64,000 nucleotides of DNA from Chlorokybus atmophyticus (lineage: Eukaryota > Plantae > Mesostigma and Chlorokybus algae), in assembly GCA_009103225.1 (NCBI GenBank), contig RHPI01002533.1:84123-148122 (forward strand). Direction: 5' to 3'. Positions 11,364 to 27,991 of the stretch are shown in pieces. Position 1 is the stretch's first letter; each line of letters begins with the position of its first letter. A program made the translations under genes and the position numbers. The notes below the pieces were generated by a model, which was not told where the DNA came from, did not search any database, and saw only the letters and a list, made by a program, of their open reading frames with translations.

Positions 11364-12774
11364 ATGACGATGTCGGCGGCGGCCCTCCGATTGATGTCCG
11401 ATCTGAAGTCCATCAGACAAGAGCCTCCTGAGGTACGGCTGGTTGCCTCCTGTGTGTATTGAATGCAAACAATTGCTTAGCGAGCCTCTCTCAAGGTTGA
11501 ATGGAGACAATCACCTGCTTGCCAGCTGTGTGCCCTTTCGTGTGAACCAACGCTCATGTGGATAGTTGGGTGGGTGAAACGTGGTCCTGGTCGCTGTCAG
11601 CTGTTCGCAGCTGGTCGGTGTGTGAGGGTGGGGNNNNNNNNNNNNNNNNNNNNNNNNNNNNNNNNNNNNNNNNNNNNNNNNNNNNNNNNNNNNNNNNNNN
11701 NNNNNNNNNNNNNNNNNNNNNNNNNNNNNNNNNNNNNNNNNNNNNNNNNNNNNNNNNNNNNNNNGGGGGGGGGTGGGGGGGGTAAGCTGACATCAGTGTG
11801 TCATGCTGCGGGTTTCCCAGGGCGTTCCCCTTTGCAATCTTAAGACCGGTTATTGTTGCTGGCACTGAGCCTAGGGTGACGCAGGGTTGCAGCGCAAGTC
11901 CTTCCTCAGAGGATAACTTATTTGTATGGTCGGCCACCATATTTGGGCCGGACGAGACACCTTGGGAGGGTAAGCATGGATGTTGTTGTGTAGCCACCAG
12001 GAGTGCGTTTCATCATTGATCAGTCATACGTCATCATCATAGCTTCTCTGGACGTATGTATCAGCCGTACTTGTATGTGTGAACACGGTCTCATGCAAAC
12101 TGCAGGTGGTGTCTTTTCCCTGCGCATCACGTTTGGTGATCAGTACCCAGAGAAGCCGCCCAGAGTCCGATTCACTTCAGAAGTGTTTCATCCAAATGGT
12201 AGGCAGCATATGTCAGCGCTGCTGTTAGTGCTGGGTTGAGGATGCCGATACTCTCTACTTTGTGTCTCGTTATCTGCCTTTCTCGCGTGTTGCTGGAGTA
12301 ACTTTTGTGGTTGCTGACACGTGGTGCTCTTGTCGGGGCAGTCTACAGTGATGGCACGCTGTGCATGGATATCATTCAGGACGCCTGGTCACCGTGCCAC
12401 AATATCTGCACGCTGCTGACTTCCATTCAGGTTAGAGCAGTTGTCAATGCCAGCACGGTTGTCATGCTGCGCAGTCACTACGTGCGTGCTGTTGTTCTGT
12501 ACTTCGTTTACAGTCATCCAAGCTAGCTTTTTGCGAGTATGAAGGTTGATGAGTGTAATGGTACTGTGCAGAGCCTGCTGACTGATCCCAATCCTGCTAG
12601 TCCTGCTAACCCTGAGGCAGCACAGCTGTACCAGAACGATCCAACAGCTTATAGCAAGTGAGTTGTAAACGATGTCTGTAGCAGTACCAGGCCGTCTGTG
12701 ACGTGTATATGTGCTAAGTGGACTGCTGCAGGCGCGTTCGCCGCTGCGCGCAGAGGTCGATCGAGTGCTGCTAA
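11364..12774 (+). CDS. UBC2: Ubiquitin-conjugating enzyme E2, Rad6/UBC2-like (6 coding exons)
   Basis: Spliced product [93 protein letters not shown]../[20 protein letters not shown]../[13 protein letters not shown]. It has the HPN motif and the active-site Cys. Confidence 0.92.
11634..11764. other. Assembly gap (N run) in UBC intron 1, flanked by G-runs
   Basis: 131 N. Confidence 1.
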
Positions 12775-12959
12775 GGATGAGGTGACGAAACAGTAGCTGG
12801 GCTCAAACAGGGCGTTTATGCAGTTGAGAGGGATCATTGCTTGGCAGCTACGTTCAGTAGGGCAGTGTAGGTTATGTACATATGACTATCTTGTTTGGGG
12901 TGCTGCTTAATTGCTTTCATGAATGCGTCTGTGTCCTCGGTGCTGGCGTTTCAAATGGG

Positions 12960-13380
12960 TTCTCAAGCTGTTTTTGAAAGAAATTTCCAGGACCAAGATA
13001 TCAACCGCAACCAGCTCAAGTGCTGGTTGCGGTTGATATCTTGAAATCAGTCATACCTGCCTATGGGGGCTAATGCTGTGGCCTCGAAGGATTCTGCAGG
13101 ACTCTGCTCAAGTGCCGGGTGCGGTTATTATCTCAGCATCAGTCATACCTGCCTATGGGTGCTCAAGCTGTGCCTCTGAAAGAATCTGCAGGACTCATCT
13201 CAAGCACCGATTGCAGTTGTATCTAGCATCACTATTACCTGTCTATCTGATTTCAAGATAGTCTGAAACTCCATAAGCAATGCGACGCAGTTGATTGTAT
13301 TCTAGCATAACTAATGCCTGTCTATCTAATTTGCAAGATAAGTAGTTTGAAACACCATCAGCCATGCGACACAGTTGATG
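12960..13380. repeat. Degenerate ~80-93-bp tandem repeats with a perfect 22-bp hairpin
   Basis: ATCAGTCATACCTGCCTATGGG recurs at ~13046 and ~13138, and CCTGTCTATCT recurs at ~13237 and ~13318. The hairpin spans 12994-13043. Confidence 0.8.
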
Positions 13381-14423
13381 GTGCAGTAAACAATGGGTAC
13401 ATTTTCCTTGCGCATTTACTGAACAGTGCTAGGGACTCTGTACAGCTGCGGTACAGTCTCAGCATTGTTCAATAACTTCAATAAAGTAGAAAATTCTACC
13501 TGAGCTCTCGCTTCCATGCCGGGCTGGAGCCCGGCACGGGTGGCGCCACCAGTGGCAGAAGCGGTTGTGGCCAAGGCAGCGGAGGCGTGAGAGTCTGGGT
13601 AGTGTATAGTTGTTCTACAGTACGTGGTAGGCATGGACGCTATTCAACTCAATTGTATGCTCGTGTTTTGGTTTTTTGCAAGTAGTGTGTGTGTGTATGT
13701 CTCCCTCCATGTGAATGGTACAATGGAAGGGCCCCAAATTCCAGCAGATACCATGCAATAATGACCAAAAGACAAAGCAGTAATGGACAACACACATACA
13801 CGCTAACCACTCAGTTCAAACAGTACATGACTAACAGGGTGGAGCAGTAGTAATTATGAGGTAGGGAGTTAGGCGGCCTGAGAGGTTGTGCCTTATCGCG
13901 ATGGTCGTAAGTGAAGGTGTGGGTGCCCTGTGCAATGTCATGTCACTGGTGGTGTATGCAGAAAGTACCGTTGATGTACTACTGTACCCCAGCTACAGCA
14001 AGATGAGTTGCCACTGCTGCGCACAACAATCAGCACCCAGCATCGCTGTTGTCTCATATGCTACCTTAAGGCAGCACAGCTTGATACTCACCAAGGGGTT
14101 AGCATTCCACCAGCGCTTACAACATTCCTGGTCCTGCTGCTCGTTATCAGCAGCCCTGGCAATTGGCGCTTCACACAGGTAACAAGATTGCTGTGCACTT
14201 TTAGCATCCACCATATGTATATGGTTATCTACTTTAGTAGTAGTATATGGTTATATACTTTATTGCTTGTTTGCTGGCTTGGTTTGGGTGTGCAAATGCA
14301 TCAGCATGGTTGTGCATGTGTGGCACAACCTTTTGTATCAATGTATACCAGACAACAACCAACCATGCGAGCAAGACAGGGATTACCGCAATGGTGTCAA
14401 GCAGAGAAATTGGCTAAACTAAC

Positions 14424-16010
14424 CTAGCTCAACACTTTGGTTCCAGGTTCCAAAACTAAGTGCTTATCAAACAGCACCTCAACGTCTGTCAGCGCCTTCA
14501 CCATGAAGTCAGGCACTTCTTCGCCCTCCAACATGCTGCCATCACCGTAGCGGTCTTCAGTGTCTATCAAGCACGTAATTGCACCAGCTCGCCTTCCGCA
14601 AACAACCTGGCAGTACCCATAAGACAAACCAATTGAGGCTACTCACAGTGTGAACAGTCACAACATGTACACACGCGACACTCTGCCGTAACATGGCCTT
14701 TGCAACAGCTTACATCATCTTTCGCGCTGTCGCCAATCATCATCACTTCATGCGTGCTGAAGCCCCATTGTTCGCAGATGTTCATGAGGGGAGCAGCGTG
14801 AGGTTTGTAAGGCCGAAACTCGCGACTCAAAGCAGGGTTGAATGGCGGAGCCTGCGCAATCCAAAGCATGCACTGGTCAGCAATGCTGCACCGAAAAAGT
14901 GCAAATTGCGCACATGGCACAACATACGCATGCTGCATCAGATGTACCTGAAAGTGGCTGTGAAAGAATCGAACTGAAGCATCAACATTGCGAGTAATCA
15001 ATCCTCGTCTGGAAACCGGACCAGATATCAGTTGCTTGAGCTGACATGGTTGTGAGCAACATGGTCTCGTTCTAGTGTGCATGTGCAAAGCAGTCATTGC
15101 AGATGCCTGCCGTTCTCTCTATGCTCACCCAGTAGGGTATCAGCAAACCACTGTGACTGCGCACCTGATACCTTTGTCATCCAGATATCGACACAACTCC
15201 AGAGCTCCTGCAAGGGCAACCAGATCACTTGTTACTTATGTACCGTTGAACAGGGTTGCAAAGCAGTTGGTGCATGCGAAAGGGCCCGCATGGCACCCTG
15301 ATGTTTGTTTGGCAAGCTGGCAATAGAGTTTTCAGTTTTTCAAAGCACCTGGCATAATCTGAAGCCGCTCGTTTGCTTCTGTCTCTACTTCAGTAATGGC
15401 AGCGTACGCCAACTTCTGCCGCTCCGGGTCACCCCAGCTGTCAATGACTGTCAGAATATCACCGGTCAGAATGCCCACCTGCCATACGTCTATCATCACA
15501 GAGACACAACACACAAAACAGCAGCTGAATCCAAAACGAACAACGACATATCCAACTAGCCTAGGTGAGTTTGCTCCCAATCAGCAGCATTGCAGACCCT
15601 AACCCTAGTCGGCAAGTACCAGCCGACGTGTGCCACACAGCATGCTGCGAGCCACTCACGGCATGCAACGGACATTCCACCACTCCACAACTTGGCCCAA
15701 TCTAAGGCTTCAACAGCACGCATTTATAAGGAGGTATCATGACCTATTGCACGACCACACTCCTGTTCACCCGCTTGCGCATGAGCTCGAAGTCTATGCA
15801 TGGCACAGTCAGCGTCCCGTCCATATCAAATACAACTCCCCTCACTCTCCGCCGCTGCTGCAGCAAAGAATCGCCTTCCCCGGCCCCATTAACGGCACCA
15901 TTGCCGCCATTGCGGAACACCCTGTGGCCGGTAGCAGTGGCCATGCCTGCCGCAACCCTCGCAGGCCCCCTCAGCAGCGCCGCCGCCGCCGCCGCAGCCA
16001 CGGCGGCCAT
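14424..16010 (-). CDS. HAD-superfamily hydrolase (At2g33255-like), probably organelle-targeted, multi-exon
   Basis: Motif I VVFDMDGTLT, GLITRN, KPHAAPL and motif IV MMIGDSAKDD..GRRAGA across GT-AG exons. Ala/Gly/Arg-rich N-terminus. Confidence 0.9.
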
Positions 16011-16327
16011 AACGCTGAGGACATGCACAAGGTTCAGTTCAGGCTCAGTAGTACTTAGATCACTGAGGCGCACAGATCACTGGGATCAGCTACTATTCAC
16101 AGGAGCTCAAAGTCGGATCATGACGGGATCAGTTTTCCCACGCTGCGGCGGCCTGTGTTACGTAACACAGATACGTGACGCAAACTGTGTTACGGCTTTG
16201 TGCGGCGGCGGCGGCGCGGCGGGCGGCGGCGGCGCTGGTGTGAGGGGAGGCGGCGGGTTGGTTGGTGGAAGCGGGATTTTGAACTGTTGCGTTTGCAAGG
16301 AGCTGCAAGGGCTGGTTTACCGTCACA

Positions 16328-19300
16328 ATGGTGAAGCGCAGTTCAAGTAAGCAGCTTGAACGGGCAGGCTGTCCAGCACAGCTCCTGCCTCTGTTTCTAC
16401 CACTGCCAGCTGTGATTGTCGTCCATGACTGCATGACTGCATGGCTTACGTCGTATACGTTGTGTCACTGCTGCCACCGCAAGTGTTTTCTCGCACTCAC
16501 CAATCGTGCATGTGCTATATCATCGGCAGTAGCAGTGACATCAGGCCCGTAAGCTCGCTGTCAATCAGCACACAGTTGTTTCATCTCCAGTTGACTCTCC
16601 AAGTAATGCTATGTTCATGGTCGTCGCGTTCTGCTTGCCTGTTCGTACTTGAGCTACCTTCGACAACCTTTTGTAACCACCATTGGCTATGTGGGAACAG
16701 AAAGCAAGAGCAAGCGCACGCCGTTGCGCAAAAAGTACAAGATCCTGAAGAAGGTGAAGGAGCACCACAAGAAGAAGGCCAAGGAGGAGAAGAAGAAGCA
16801 GAAAGCTGGGGCCGCCTCTGGCAGTGGCGGCAAGCGCAAGGCCGGCCAAAAGGACCCCGGCATCCCCGCCCAGTGGCCCTTCAGAGAGCAGGAACTTGCC
16901 AACCTCGAAGCCAGGAAGCAGCGCCTCGAGGCCGAGGCCGAAGCCAAGAAGGTTGCACGGGTGAGCTTGGTTGTGCTGACTGTGGTGTTCGTGAGTCATG
17001 CAGGTTAGCACAATGCAAGCTTGAATAAGTCTACGACTTGCTCAGGTCAAGCTTGAGCTAAGCTGAAGCAACTTGTCTTTGGCTTAGCTCAAGACAGGCT
17101 GCCTGAGCCGGTGGTTAACGCAGCTCAAGCTTACTCATACATGTAATTCGCCAGTCAATCGTGCTATTTGACGATAGTTGCGAATTTCTCAAGTTGCTGT
17201 CGTACACAGTCTACTAATGCGCTGCTGGTAGCGCAATTCTAGTCTATTGAGCACATTCCCTTCATGCGTGTGTAGGCAGAGAAACGCAAGATTGAGCGGC
17301 TGGGTTTGAGCGAGGACGCAGAGGATGTTGCAACGCTGGCAGCCAGTGCGTCCAAGCGCGATGAGGACTTTGAGCGCCAGCAGAGGAAGAAGGCTCGAAA
17401 CAGCACCGAGTCTGCTGCCTTAAATGGTACCAACTTGTACAGTCTGTGGTTGACAGTGTTGGTGATCGTACAACTGCTACAGTTTGTTGATACACTTGTG
17501 GGACAGATGGCTCAAGGAAGGCCTTCTACAAGGAGCTGATGAAAGTCATTGAAGCCTCTGATGTCATCATTCAGGTGACATGTGCAGCGGTTGCTTCTAC
17601 TTTTCATGGTGTGTATCTGTTGGTGAGCACTGACCGTGAGGTCCTTACAGGTGTTGGATGCGCGGGATCCGTTGGGTTGCCGCTGCGTGGAGGTGGAGCA
17701 GGCCGTCGCAAAGAGCGGAGCGCACAAACGCATTGTCCTGCTTCTGAACAAGATCGATCTGGTTCCCCGGGAAGTCGCGGAAAAGTGGCTAAAGTATTTC
17801 CGCGAAGAGCTGCCGACAGTGGCCTTCAAGTGCTCCACGCAGGTAAGACATTGGCGGTATCCTTATAGTTCATACCCTGAACACATTTGTGTAACGTGGC
17901 GTACCGGCGGTTATTGCAGGCTCAGCGCACCAATTTGGGACAAAGTGGGCGAGCCGCGAGTACCGCTGGCGCCGATGCTTTGCAGAGCAGCGAGTCTTTG
18001 GGCGCTGACACCTTAATACAGCTACTGAAGAACTACGCCCGCAACCAGAAGGTTTGACATGTAGTGTGTTTGTTAGTTCCAAGCAGCACTGTCAGTAGCA
18101 ATCGTGTCTTGTCTGAACATTTCAAATTGCAGCTCAAGACCTCTATCACTGTTGGTGTGGTTGGCTTCCCAAACGTTGGCAAAAGCAGCTTGATCAACAG
18201 CCTGAAGCGGTCCAAAGTTGCCAATGTCGGCGCAACTCCTGGCGTTACCAAGACACTGCAGGTACTCTGCTGACACTTTGGCACGCGAATATCAAGCACT
18301 GAGTTTCTGTAATAATCCAGTGCTGCGCGGCTCTTGTAGCAATCAGTGGCTGTGTACTCTTACTTGAGCAATGTGTTTCCCGGCAGGAGGTGCATCTGGA
18401 CAAGCACGTCAAGTTGTTGGACTGCCCCGGTATTGTCTTTGCCTCGGCGGTCGGGTCAAACGAAGCCGCGGCAGTGCTTCGCAACTGCGTGCGACTGGAG
18501 AAGCTGACAGATTCAGTCACCCCAGGTGCGCACATTGGCATGTTGCAGTATGACAGCTTGCCAACTGGTTAAAGTACCGCAGCTTCGAAGCTGTGTGTCA
18601 CATCTTGCTGCATGCCTGGCATAACTTTGTGGCTCATGAAGGCACCACACCACAAACTACTTACTCACCCTCAGGCCTCTGCCTCTGCCATAGCTTGCAG
18701 CCTCTCAGATGATGTGCTCATTCTCTGTTTGTGTGCAGTGCAAGAGATTGTAAAGAGGTGTACAGCTGAAACGCTCATGTCCATCTACAAGATTGAAAAG
18801 TTTGTCGGTGCCGAGGAGTTCTTGCAGCGAGTTGCCGCTTCACGTGGAAAGTTGAAACGGGTATCGTTGTATTATTATTTCAAGCCTTTGCTTTGTTGTT
18901 ATTGATGCTGGCTGCTTCAACTCTCTTCCGTCCTTTCCAGGGTGGTGTAGCAGACCCCGAGGCGGCGGCCAAGCTGGTGCTGCAGGATTGGAACTCTGGT
19001 CGTATTCCTTACTTTACGCAGCCACCAAAGCGCGAGTCCGTCGACCACGACAGCACGCAACTCGTCACACAGTGGGCCAAGGAGTTCGACATTGAAGAGG
19101 CAATGCACCCAGTGCATTGCCAGTTTATTGTCGTTTAGCATAGAATGAAACTCTGTTGCCATCAACCCTCACCTGGTAGCTGAGTCAAGAGCATTTTCAG
19201 TTTTCATCACCATGCTTGCGGGTGTTTGCAGGTCTTCAAGAACGAAAAGTCTGCGTTAATAGAGGGATTGCCAAGCATGGAGTCCGGCATGTTCACAGAG

Positions 19301-20029
19301 ATGGTGAGTGCTTGTACTAGCTGCTTGTGCGCGTGTGCTCCCCATTGCACCCACCCTGATCTTGTCATGCGTTGTTCAGCCTGCTGGCCAGCCGCTGGAG
19401 ATGGACATGGCAGAGGCCGCCGCTGAGAGTAATGATGATAATGATGATGGTGCCAGCAGCGATGAGAGCGAGGAAGATGAAGAGGTGGTGGCTGCGGCAG
19501 CGGCGCCTTCAACAGCAGCGGACCAAGTTGCTGAAGCAATGGACTCGGGTGAAGCGGGACCGTCACGCGGAAAGAAGTATCTCTCACAGGTATGGGAAGC
19601 TATACTGCTAGCACTTACCGCATTCGTGCGTGCATCTTGTTTTCTATTTGCCGTTCCGTGATGCATGTAAGGCTCCGCACATGTTCTCAAGAAAAGTTTC
19701 AGAGTATCTAGTGTCTCGTGGCGGACATGATGGACTTAACTTTGAACTTGACTTGCCCCTTTCCGCTTACACAGAGCGAAGTTTTGTACAACGAAGAGGG
19801 GATGTACAATCCGCATGCAGCGAGGGCGGAGAAGAAGCGCAGGAAAAAGAACGCCTCCATGGCCGCCGCGCAGGACGAAGACAACAGCGACTACGACTTT
19901 GAGCATGACTTCAAGGGCGACAAGGGACAAGAAGGCGGTAATTTGGATGCGGATGCGGATGAAGATGATGCCGCTGAGGATGAAGATGAGGATGAGGCAG
20001 AAGGCATGAGCGGTGAAGATGATCAGTAG
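16328..20029 (+). CDS. GNL3: Nucleolar circularly permuted GTPase, GNL3/nucleostemin (Nug1/NSN1)-like, multi-exon
   Basis: Basic N-terminus ([31 protein letters not shown]), then [60 protein letters not shown] and an acidic C-terminal tail. Confidence 0.95.
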
Positions 20030-20877
20030 TGGTTTGCAGCACTTGTGCCGTTGAGTGCTCGCGTTCATGCTTGAGTTCAGCTGTGCAGGCAGCGGTCACA
20101 GGCAGAGACAGTCTGCGTGCATAGTTACTGGCCGTTGATGCATGCATGCCAGTTGCAAGTGCGCCCCTGGTATATATGCACTACCGCGAACGCGCTCGTC
20201 CTCATGAAATCATCCATAATTGCGCTATACTAGTTTGTATGTCTCAACATTGTACCAGTGGCTGTGATGGCAACAAACAGAAAACGCTGGAAACGAGACT
20301 TGCATTAATTGCAAAGGCGAGTATGGATTTATACATAGGGTACACGATGGATTGCATGTGTACAAAGTATGCGGTGCATGTGAACATGCTTTTATGCACA
20401 GTCGCAGTCAGCACGCAAGTAAATACAGCCATTGCATTTCACCACCGAGCTATACAACTCTACTTACTTGTCGTCACTACTGCCCCAACCCGTTAGGCAT
20501 GCATGTTAGCAGTTGTGATTACCTGCCACACCGCCAGTACCGTGATGTGCGCATGGTATCCGCCCTCTGTACCCTATAAGAGATGATGCAGCATGACAAG
20601 TTTGCGTCTGCGCTGCTCTACGGTGTGCTCGGCAGTCATGCAAAAACATGCCTTCCTGACTGACAGCAACAGTGTTGCGCTGCCTTGTGTTCCACAGATG
20701 AAATTGGGGTGGGCCATCCTACACAACAAGCAGGCTGCACCAACTCGCATTGCATACCACAGAGCAGTAGTCCTGAGCATGCAGCCTGTCATTGAGCATA
20801 ACAAGTGTAGCCTCAGGCTGAGCAGCAGTGTCGCACCTTGAGAGCTCTGCGGGTGAAGCAGCACAGGCATAGCAGGC

Positions 20878-23667
<2,790 letters not shown>

Positions 23668-24164
23668 ATTGATTTGTTTGCATTGCTGAGTACGTGGGCT
23701 GACACACAATGCACCAGACAACACTGTGTCTCAATGTATCCATTCATATATCCTCCCAAGCACTGTCGCGCAAATGACGGTGTGCTACTTGTTTGACGCA
23801 CTGGTGCTGTTGCTTGCACTCAGTTCGATCCATTGCAACTCTATACCAACCATGCCTGCAACCACACCCTCTACTCTGCACCCCACCACTTGCAATACAC
23901 CAAGCGGGCATTGATTGTATAGTTGGACTAGCATTTAATGGGTCCGATTCTACCAGCCTGTCTGTGATCTGGTCTCTCGAGTTCTGTATGTACTACTGCA
24001 GGTGCCCTATGCATGCAGTTATGGCAGGTGAAGTCAGCTTCATCATCGTACCAGTTAACAACACTGCAGCGCTGCAAGCAATGCGAGGCATAGAAAGCAG
24101 TATGCAATGAGGTCGATACCAATGCTATACCTGCACCATTAGTCTAGAGTGAGGCTCCAAATCC

Positions 24165-27100
24165 TTATCTACTACCAGCCATGGCAAGGTTGCGCTCAGA
24201 CTGCCGTTTAGTGACGGTCATGTAAAGCCCCTGCAGTAACAGCGCACTTCTCAGTAGCCGCGTCACGCGTAGTAGACAGTTGACATGTCAAAGCATCGGC
24301 ACTCACCGTGCTTGTGTGGATGGTGGCCCCCGTGGTCATGCCAATCTTCTGTCCCGGTACGAGTTCAAAGCTGAACTGCTTGAGAAGGACGGCAAGAGCA
24401 ACTACGGCTTCAAGAAGGGCAAATTGATCGCCAACGCACTTGCGTGGGCCACCGCTGAAGGGGATGTATCTAGCACAACGGCCAGTCACGCCGCGAGTCA
24501 GTACATTGCTGCTAACCACCACTGCATGTGACTGCAGTTGGACTAATGACAGCTTAATACGGCTGAATGTTGCCGCAACGACACAAGGCAAGGGAATAGC
24601 AAACTACGTGTTGTGCTTTGCACATCAGGTGCTTTCGCATTGGTTGGTCCATACCTGTAGTCAGTGGTGCTCTCATTGGGTACTGGGCCCTCCAAGTCGC
24701 CAAATCGCTCTGGAATGAACTCTTCAGCTTGATCCCAAACCTGCAATGCACGAACAGTCAAAGTCAATTCTCAGCACAATGCCATGCAACTGTAATGGGC
24801 TTGCCAACATTTTGGCAATCTAACCTGCGGTGAGTGGTGGATGTTATATACAGAGATCATAATGTCCTGTCCCTTTCCAACTTTGTAGCCTCCTGGCAAT
24901 GTGTCAGGCTCAAGCGCGCGCCTAAGAAGCACCTACACACACAAATCGAATAGTTATCATGAAACAAACACACTGCCACACGCAGTTTTCCACATGCAAG
25001 CGCACACTCATACCGGTGGATGCGGGTACAAGCGCATTGACTCGCACACGCATCTGTAAATGTACTTCAGGTCCCTTGTTTGCTCAAAAGTCGGGGACTT
25101 GGACTCTCCCAGGACTCTGTCCACTTCTTCATGAGCCTTGCGCAAGCACTCAGGGTTCTGCGCCATGCAATAAGGGTGAGAACACTAGCTATCACAACTT
25201 GCTGCGGGAATGTGTGCTATGCAGCTATGATACTCACCTGCGCCAATAGGTACACCGTCCACGTGAGAACAGAGCCAGTGGTTTCATGTCCAGCCACAAG
25301 CATGGATAGCAAATCGTCTCTGAGCTGCACACTGGAAACCTGCATAGAGCATAACGGTAACTTCATGCAGGTGAAGGCAGTCTTATTCCACGCATGCCAA
25401 CCAAAGCAGCACATTGCCGTGAACTTTGCCGTTGTCACAAGTTGCAACAACAATGTGCGCTGCTTACGCAAACCAACCTCATCGCGGCTGTGCAGTAGAA
25501 AGCGGAGCACAGAAGGGTCTTCATCATTCACATACTCTTCATCCGATGATCCCTTCCCACCTTCACGGGCAAGCTCTGCATCTACCATCACTTTGCATTT
25601 CTTTACCAAGTCCTCCACTTGATCGCGAATGAGCTGCACAGCCGCAGTTGCCTTTCTTTGCCGAGGTGATATTGCACACAAAGCGGGTACCTGCATTGAC
25701 ATTTTGGTTACAACTATTAGTCCTCAGTCTTCGATGTAGCCAACCTCTGACAATGCACTCATACACACTTACATGCACTGCACGGCATAACTCAATTCAG
25801 CAAGCGCTCAGTGCAACGTACCTTCCAATAAGGCAACAAATCAGTGGCGCGCGATTCAGCTTCTTTAAGGGCTGTGTACACAGCCTGGATGATCGGGCTG
25901 TTTGTGTTTAAAGAGTCAAAGTTGTAGTTGAAAACGGCCTTCCCAATTATGTCAAGTGTCAACTGCGCAAACACAAACCAGCCATTGAATGACAAGTTGC
26001 TGGGTGCTTCAGCAACATATCAGTCCCATGTCGACTGTCACCTGCGAAAATGCGCCCTCCATTTCAACAGGAGTCCTGCTTTCTGCTGCAACCCTCAACT
26101 TCGACACTAAGCGAAGCGCACAAGCAGAGAAGACCCTATCCACCATTGTGCTCAAGTACCTGACATGTCCCGTATGTCATAAAGTGGCAATCTGGTACTT
26201 GCATGCTGATGGGCCAAGTCAATCGAGTCATAGAACTACATTTGTACTACACCTTTTGTGTAGGGAAGGTACCACTGCTCTACGGCGCGCAGTCCAAAGC
26301 GGGCCCTCTGCAATGGCGAAGCCATCACCAAACAGAAACTTTGACACTTCTGCAACAAGTCCTTTCTCATACTTCGCGCCAGTTGTGCGCAGGACATGCT
26401 TCGCCACCGCTGGATCTCCTACCACTACAAAATCCTGCATGACGCTCCATCAGACACGTCAACCAGCTTGACACTGCGCTCCGTTGCTGTGTATAGCTAA
26501 CTGCTGACATTGATTAAGTCCGTAGGTAAAGACTGACTTGCATGAGTGAGCTGCATGGCTGTATGGTATAACTAATTGATAGCAAGGCACGCGTTTCTGC
26601 ATGCTTTGTTGCAACATGGAGCGATGTACAAAGCACATGTGCATAGCTCTACCTGGGGTCCAGCTGCGAGGCGATAAACTGGGCCACTGGCAAGCATCCA
26701 TCTGAACAACGGCAAGAACAATGCGCCACCAAGAAGTTCCGCGACATCCGACAGCTGGGCGTCCGCAACTGGAATACCAGAGTCCTCAACGGCGCCTCCT
26801 CGCAGCTTAGATAACAGCTGTTGCACCAATGCACATGTGAGTTGACCCAGCGGCTTTGACTGAGAGCTTTCTTTGTGATTGCGTTCATTCCAACCTCACT
26901 GAAGCATTCAAGCGCTGCTAGCTTGGCATCATTTTTGACCTATTTCTGATTGCATGTGTTGAAATTGTGGATGACAACACATCACATGGTTATAACAGTA
27001 AAAAGCCACAACTGAACGACGAAATGGCACCTGTATGCACCGTTCAATGCATGCAGATGACATGCATTGCACGGTGGACTAAGGCTGGCTGACCTTCGTG

Positions 27101-27369
27101 AGCCAGGCAGGGCTAAACAGAGACGCTCCAGCACCCTTTATGTCAAACTTCTCCCCATCGCCACCCTCCTGGCCAGCCGCCCTGGTGACCAGCCTGCTGG
27201 CACGCAGTTGCCTGCGGGGCCATTGCGGGCGAGCGAACGAGGCGCTCAACCCCACAGACGGCCTGACGACAGGCCTTTCGACAGCAGCAGGAGCGTCCAG
27301 TCTGTCTCGCACACCAACAGACGACCATGACACCTTCCCCACAGCCCCGGCGGACACCGCCGCCGCCAT
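24165..27369 (-). CDS. CYP97C: Cytochrome P450 CYP97C (carotenoid epsilon-ring hydroxylase, LUT1-like), multi-exon
   Basis: [62 protein letters not shown] and the heme motif [14 protein letters not shown], ending [15 protein letters not shown]. The N-terminal signature fits the 97C subfamily. Confidence 0.93.
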
Positions 27370-27991
27370 GTTGATCACCGCGGCAACAAGCTCATCGCCG
27401 GACGAGTGCAGGGCTAACGTTCGCCTGGTGTCACAACGTTAGCTGCTGACGCTTATCCAAGCTCAAGGGTGCCACCTCAGCGCTCCGCTGATTGGCCAAG
27501 TGCCCAGCTTACGTTAGCTTCATGCACTGCAAAGGCTTGCTGGAAGCTTGCTGCTGGTGTTGAGCTCAGCTGCCAGGCAGGAGCGGCGGCGGCGGCGGTG
27601 TGGTTGTCTGCAGGTGTAAGAGCAAGAAAGGGGTTGTTGGACTTTTCCGACCGGTGTTCTCTCAGCAACTGCTCCTGGTGTCTTTGCCGCACACTCGTCT
27701 GGGTGCAACCCACAGGTCGGTTGCATGCTTTCGTCGTGTTGTGGTTGTGCGCGGCTTGTCGCTTGAGCTTGTTGGGTTTGGAAGCCATACTGGAAGACCA
27801 TGCCAGCTGTGGTGCTTGCAATCAACTCATTTGGGGCAACCTTGAAAAGCATCTTTGTATTTGTGCTTGTCGCTTGTCTGTGGCGAGGCCAGCCCCAACA
27901 TAGAGCAAGCCAGGCAATGCTTGATGCATGGATTTCGGGTCATGGGGTCCTGTTTTGATGCCTGCATTTTGTTGGGCATGCAGGTGGCGGC

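Noticed and set aside
12760-12774. C-terminal CC prenylation motif on the E2
   Set aside because: Rab-type prenylation needs REP recognition of a Rab fold. It also depends on my manual call of the last exon.
12960-13380. CRISPR-like array
   Set aside because: The units are degenerate and contiguous with no unique spacers, the context is eukaryotic, and there are no cas genes. The same applies to the 47-bp and 174-bp arrays.
13416-14214. Short ORFs with splice-like sites between UBC2 and HAD
   Set aside because: I could not assemble a coherent protein; likely UTR or intergenic sequence.
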